The notes under the pieces: generated by a model
Told to the model about the DNA's origin: nothing
The model's database searches: none
Seen by the model: only the letters and a program-made list of their open reading frames with translations
Shown: positions 60,676 through 64,000 of the stretch, one piece after another
Numbering within the stretch: position 1 is the stretch's first letter
Layout: the number at the start of each line of letters is the position of its first letter
Position numbers and translations under genes: made by a program
Origin: an uncultured Planctomycetota bacterium
GTDB lineage: Bacteria > Planctomycetota > Phycisphaerae > Tepidisphaerales > Tepidisphaeraceae
NCBI GenBank assembly: GCA_963841915.1
Contig: CAWJEN010000004.1
Location: 1-64,000 of the forward strand
Length of the DNA stretch: 64,000 nucleotides
Direction of reading: 5' to 3'

Positions 60676-61362
60676 ATGCCGACCGACCTGCTAGCGATCG
60701 ACCGCCCGCTCATTTTGCCGTCAATCCTGTCGGCCGACTTCGCCAGGCTCGGCAGCGAGATCGACGATGTGCTGCAAGCCGGCGGCGATGCGTTGCACTG
60801 CGACGTCATGGACGGCCATTTCGTCACGAATCTCAGCTTCGGCCCACCCGTCGTCGCCGCGGCAAGAAAGACTGCGCCGGACGCGTATCTCGACTGCCAC
60901 CTCATGGTGACGAACCCGCAGGAGCTGGCCGAGCCACTTGTTGAGGCCGGGGCAAACGCTCTGACGTTTCACGCCGAGCTGGCCGACAATGTGCGACAGA
61001 CGTTGCATGACCTGCGGAAGCGACTCGCCACGACTGGTGTTGATGTGGGCGTAGCCATCAACCCGCTGACGCCTGCCGAGGCAGTGCTGCCGATCCTGGA
61101 CGACGTGCAACTCGTGCTGGTGATGAGCGTCGTGCCGGGCTACAGCGGCCAGGCGTTTATGCCGCAGGTGCTCGACAAGTGCGAGGCGATCAAGAAGCGC
61201 ATGCGGCCAAATCAGCGGTTGGAGATTGACGGCGGGATTGGTGTCGACACGATCCGCCGGGCCCGCGACGCGGGCGTCGACTGGTTCGTGGCGGCCAGTG
61301 CGATCTTCGGCAAACCGAACCGCAGGGCGGCGATCGACGCCCTGCGCACTGCAATGGCATGA
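60676..61362 (+). CDS. rpe: Ribulose-phosphate 3-epimerase
   Basis: PSILSADF, HCDVMDGHFV.NLSFG, DCHLMV, MSVVPG, IDGGI. Confidence 0.96.
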   Translation: MPTDLLAIDRPLILPSILSADFARLGSEIDDVLQAGGDALHCDVMDGHFVTNLSFGPPVVAAARKTAPDAYLDCHLMVTNPQELAEPLVEAGANALTFHAELADNVRQTLHDLRKRLATTGVDVGVAINPLTPAEAVLPILDDVQLVLVMSVVPGYSGQAFMPQVLDKCEAIKKRMRPNQRLEIDGGIGVDTIRRARDAGVDWFVAASAIFGKPNRRAAIDALRTAMA

Positions 61363-61381
61363 AGCGACTACGCTTCGAGTC

Positions 61382-62215
61382 ATGGCCGACGCGACCGCGC
61401 TAGCTCCCCGACTGCCCAAGACGACCCGCATCCCCGAGGGTCTCTGGCTCGCGTGCGTGTCGTGCGGCGAAATGCTGTACCGCAAACGGCTCGACGAGAA
61501 TCTGGGCGTGTGTCCGGAGTGCGGTCACCACAACCGGCTCAGCGCACGCGAACGCGTGCGGCAGATGGCCGACGTCGACACGTTTGAGGAGACCGATGCC
61601 GACCTGCTGGCGACGGATCCGCTGACCTTCAACGACCGCAAGACCTACGCCGACCGGCTGCAGACCGAGCGGATGAAGAGCGGGAACCCGGACGCGCTCA
61701 TCTGCGGTAGAGCGTTCATCAAGGGCCGGCCGGCCGTCGTTGCCGCGATGGACCCGACGTTCATGATGGGCTCGATGGGCAGCGTCGTCGGCGAAAAGCT
61801 GACCCGCACGATCGAGCTGGCGACAAAGGAAAGGAAGCCGCTCGTCGTCGTCTCCTGCAGCGGCGGGGCACGCATGCAGGAGTCGACCCTCTCTCTCATG
61901 CAGATGGCCAAGACGTCTGCGGCCCTGGCACGACACGACGATGCCGGCGGCTTATTCGTCAGCGTTCTGGCCGATCCGACGACTGGCGGCGTCACGGCTA
62001 GCTTCGCCATGCTCGGCGACTTCATCATTGCCGAGCCCAACGCCCTCATCGGCTTCGCCGGGCCGCGGGTGATCGAGTCGACGACGAAGCAAAAACTGCC
62101 CGGCGGATTTCAACGCAGCGAGTTCCTGCAGTCAAAGGGCTTCATCGACTTCGTGGTCAAGCGGCACGACCTGCGTAGCGAGCTGGCTCGTCTGTTCGAC
62201 TACTGCGCCGGATAA
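61382..62215 (+). CDS. accD: Acetyl-CoA carboxylase carboxyltransferase beta subunit
   Basis: PEGLW.C..C Zn finger, GSMGSVVGEK, SGGARMQE, PTTGGVTASFA, IGFAGPRVIE. Confidence 0.97.
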   Translation: MADATALAPRLPKTTRIPEGLWLACVSCGEMLYRKRLDENLGVCPECGHHNRLSARERVRQMADVDTFEETDADLLATDPLTFNDRKTYADRLQTERMKSGNPDALICGRAFIKGRPAVVAAMDPTFMMGSMGSVVGEKLTRTIELATKERKPLVVVSCSGGARMQESTLSLMQMAKTSAALARHDDAGGLFVSVLADPTTGGVTASFAMLGDFIIAEPNALIGFAGPRVIESTTKQKLPGGFQRSEFLQSKGFIDFVVKRHDLRSELARLFDYCAG

Positions 62216-62378
62216 AGCCGTGCGCGTCACGCTGAAACAGCTTGGTGCCACGATTTGAGCCGCGTTCCGACGCGGGCAAATCGTGTCGGTGACTGCACGA
62301 TATCAGACACGGATTGCCCGCCGCAGACGGCGGCTCAAACCGTGGGACCTCCGCTGTTCGAGGCCCACACCCAGTGAG

Positions 62379-63608
62379 CTACTTCATTGTCGCCTCGATA
62401 CGGTCGCACATCATGCCGCACAGCCGCTCTTGACTGAGTGTCTCGTCGAGCACGCGGCGGGCCGTTGCGCCCATCGTGTTCCGCTCGGCCTCGGGTAGGG
62501 CGGCCAGTTCCTTCAGGGCGTCGACGGCCGCGTCGACATCGCCGTGACTGGCGTGACGGCCGAAGTCGTTTTGGTCGAGCAGGTCGCTCACGTGCGACGG
62601 CTTGGGGCCGACGAACAGAATCGGCCGCATTACGGCCATGCTGCCGTACACCTTGCACGGATGAATAATGCCGACCATGTCGTCGCCGAGCGTCACCGCG
62701 TGCACGTCGGCGGCTGACAACGAGTAGCGCAGCGTCTCGATCGGCTGATACGGCAGGCTGACCGCGTTGGGCAATTGCTTGTCCTTGATAAACGCCTCGA
62801 CATCCTTCTTGCCGAGTCCACCTCCAACAAAGAGGAAGCAAAAGCGATCGTCATCCCGCAGCCGATCGGCGGCGGCGAGCAGCGTGTCGAGCGGGTTGCT
62901 CGGCGAATGGTTGCCGCTGTACATCACGACAAACTTTCCGTCGAGTCCGTGCTCCTTGCGGAACGGGTTATCAGCGTGCTTCACCGGCTCGGCGTGCGTC
63001 TCGTGCGGCCACGGCGGAATTGTCAGCAGACGGCTGTCGAGGTCTCTCGTCCGCGGCCGAAGCCGGTCTGCCATAAAGCGGTCGAGGGCGACGACAAGGT
63101 CGCTGGCATCGAGGATCTTTCGGTTGTTCTTCTCGAGAAACTTCGCCTTTCGGTCGCTAGCTTCGATCTTGCCGAGGGCAATGAGCTGGTCGGGGTTGAG
63201 GTCCATCGCCCAGTACGTCATGGGCACGCCGCGGAGCTTTTTCACGAGCCGGCCGACGCTGCCGATCATGGGTGGACTGGTGCTGACGAGCAGGGCGTCG
63301 GGCTTCTCGCAGGTCATCGCGCGGACCAAAACTTGCCCCATGAATGAGGCCGTCCCTGCAATGCGGCGTGGGATGCTCTTCTTTCCGAAGCTCGCCAGCG
63401 GAATCCGACGGATCTCGACGCCGTCGCGTGTTTCCCGTGCCGGGTACTTTGTCGTCGGATCTTCGTACCCGCGACCGCTCGCGTAGACGATGACGCGATG
63501 CCCACGCCGCACCATCTCAGCGGCAACGTCGTGCAGGTGTTGCCCGACGCTCGCCGGGTCGGGCACGTAGACCTGGCTGAGAATGAGGAAGACTTTCTGA
63601 TCACGCAT
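62379..63608 (-). CDS. Glycosyltransferase family 4 (WcaI-like)
   Basis: SQVY.PD, TSPP, DLNPD, YSGN, PCKVYG.MA..RPI. Confidence 0.9.
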   Translation of the reverse strand: MRDQKVFLILSQVYVPDPASVGQHLHDVAAEMVRRGHRVIVYASGRGYEDPTTKYPARETRDGVEIRRIPLASFGKKSIPRRIAGTASFMGQVLVRAMTCEKPDALLVSTSPPMIGSVGRLVKKLRGVPMTYWAMDLNPDQLIALGKIEASDRKAKFLEKNNRKILDASDLVVALDRFMADRLRPRTRDLDSRLLTIPPWPHETHAEPVKHADNPFRKEHGLDGKFVVMYSGNHSPSNPLDTLLAAADRLRDDDRFCFLFVGGGLGKKDVEAFIKDKQLPNAVSLPYQPIETLRYSLSAADVHAVTLGDDMVGIIHPCKVYGSMAVMRPILFVGPKPSHVSDLLDQNDFGRHASHGDVDAAVDALKELAALPEAERNTMGATARRVLDETLSQERLCGMMCDRIEATMK

Positions 63609-63635
63609 TGTCAGCGGCAGGTTAGTCCGTCGTGT

Positions 63636-63971
63636 TCAGCCGATGTCGCTCATGTCGATGAACACCGCATCGAACGCCTTTACCCGTCGCTCGCCGACAT
63701 TGAGCCCTTCGCTGATGAGCCGTTCGCGTTGTTCCTTAAGGCCGATCGGGTGAACGATCCGAAGCAACCCGCCCGCACCGACGACGCGGTGCCACGGCAC
63801 GTCGGACGCACCGGGATCGATGGCCAACACTGCCGCCACTTGCCGTGGGCCGGTCCCGACTGCAGCGCCGACGCTGCCGTAGGTCGTCAAGCGACCTTTG
63901 AGAACATCGGCGATGCACCGCAAGATCCTTGCCCGCCTCGACGCCTGCCGAATTTCGCTGGCCTCACTCAT
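63636..63971 (-). CDS. Alkyltransferase-like (ATL/MGMT family) protein
   Basis: G.LTTYG.V, PRQV, PWHRVV (Trp replaces the catalytic Cys), EQRERL..EG. Confidence 0.88.
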   Translation of the reverse strand: MSEASEIRQASRRARILRCIADVLKGRLTTYGSVGAAVGTGPRQVAAVLAIDPGASDVPWHRVVGAGGLLRIVHPIGLKEQRERLISEGLNVGERRVKAFDAVFIDMSDIG

Positions 63972-64000
63972 GCGACGTTGACGACCGACTCGCGCCCGCT

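Overview
High-GC bacterial chromosome segment, most likely Planctomycetota (Phycisphaerae-like). This is inferred from an N-terminal 'LEQLEVRKLLS' planctomycete extracellular motif, a sulfatase, and planctomycete-style palindromic repeats. Bases 1-29.5 kb and 52.9-64 kb are mostly housekeeping and envelope genes: sulfatase, kdsD, a large Lpt/OstA-like protein, topA, waaA, maf, pckG, GH15, lipid A modification genes, nth, infA, rsgA, carB, rpe, accD, plus tRNA-Ala(GGC), tRNA-Ser(GCT) and tRNA-Gly(TCC). A ~23.2 kb integrative element (29624-52835) sits in the 3' half of tRNA-Gly, bounded by a 45-bp direct repeat. It carries an atypical tyrosine integrase, a frameshifted large serine recombinase, an HUH Rep-like gene, a degenerate DNA-methylase/HTH hybrid and a restriction-like defence operon (SNF2 helicase-DUF3883, Schlafen/AlbA_2, DUF1156 methylase, HEPN-DUF499 ATPase). 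It also carries a tightly coupled, uncharacterised four-gene operon (GHKL kinase-like ATPase, STAS-wHTH, small protein, Cys-rich DUF4417-like enzyme), which is the best candidate for an undescribed system. Separately, carB contains three in-frame copies of a palindromic repeat translated as peptide inserts. All family calls come from motif recognition by eye; no database searches were run.
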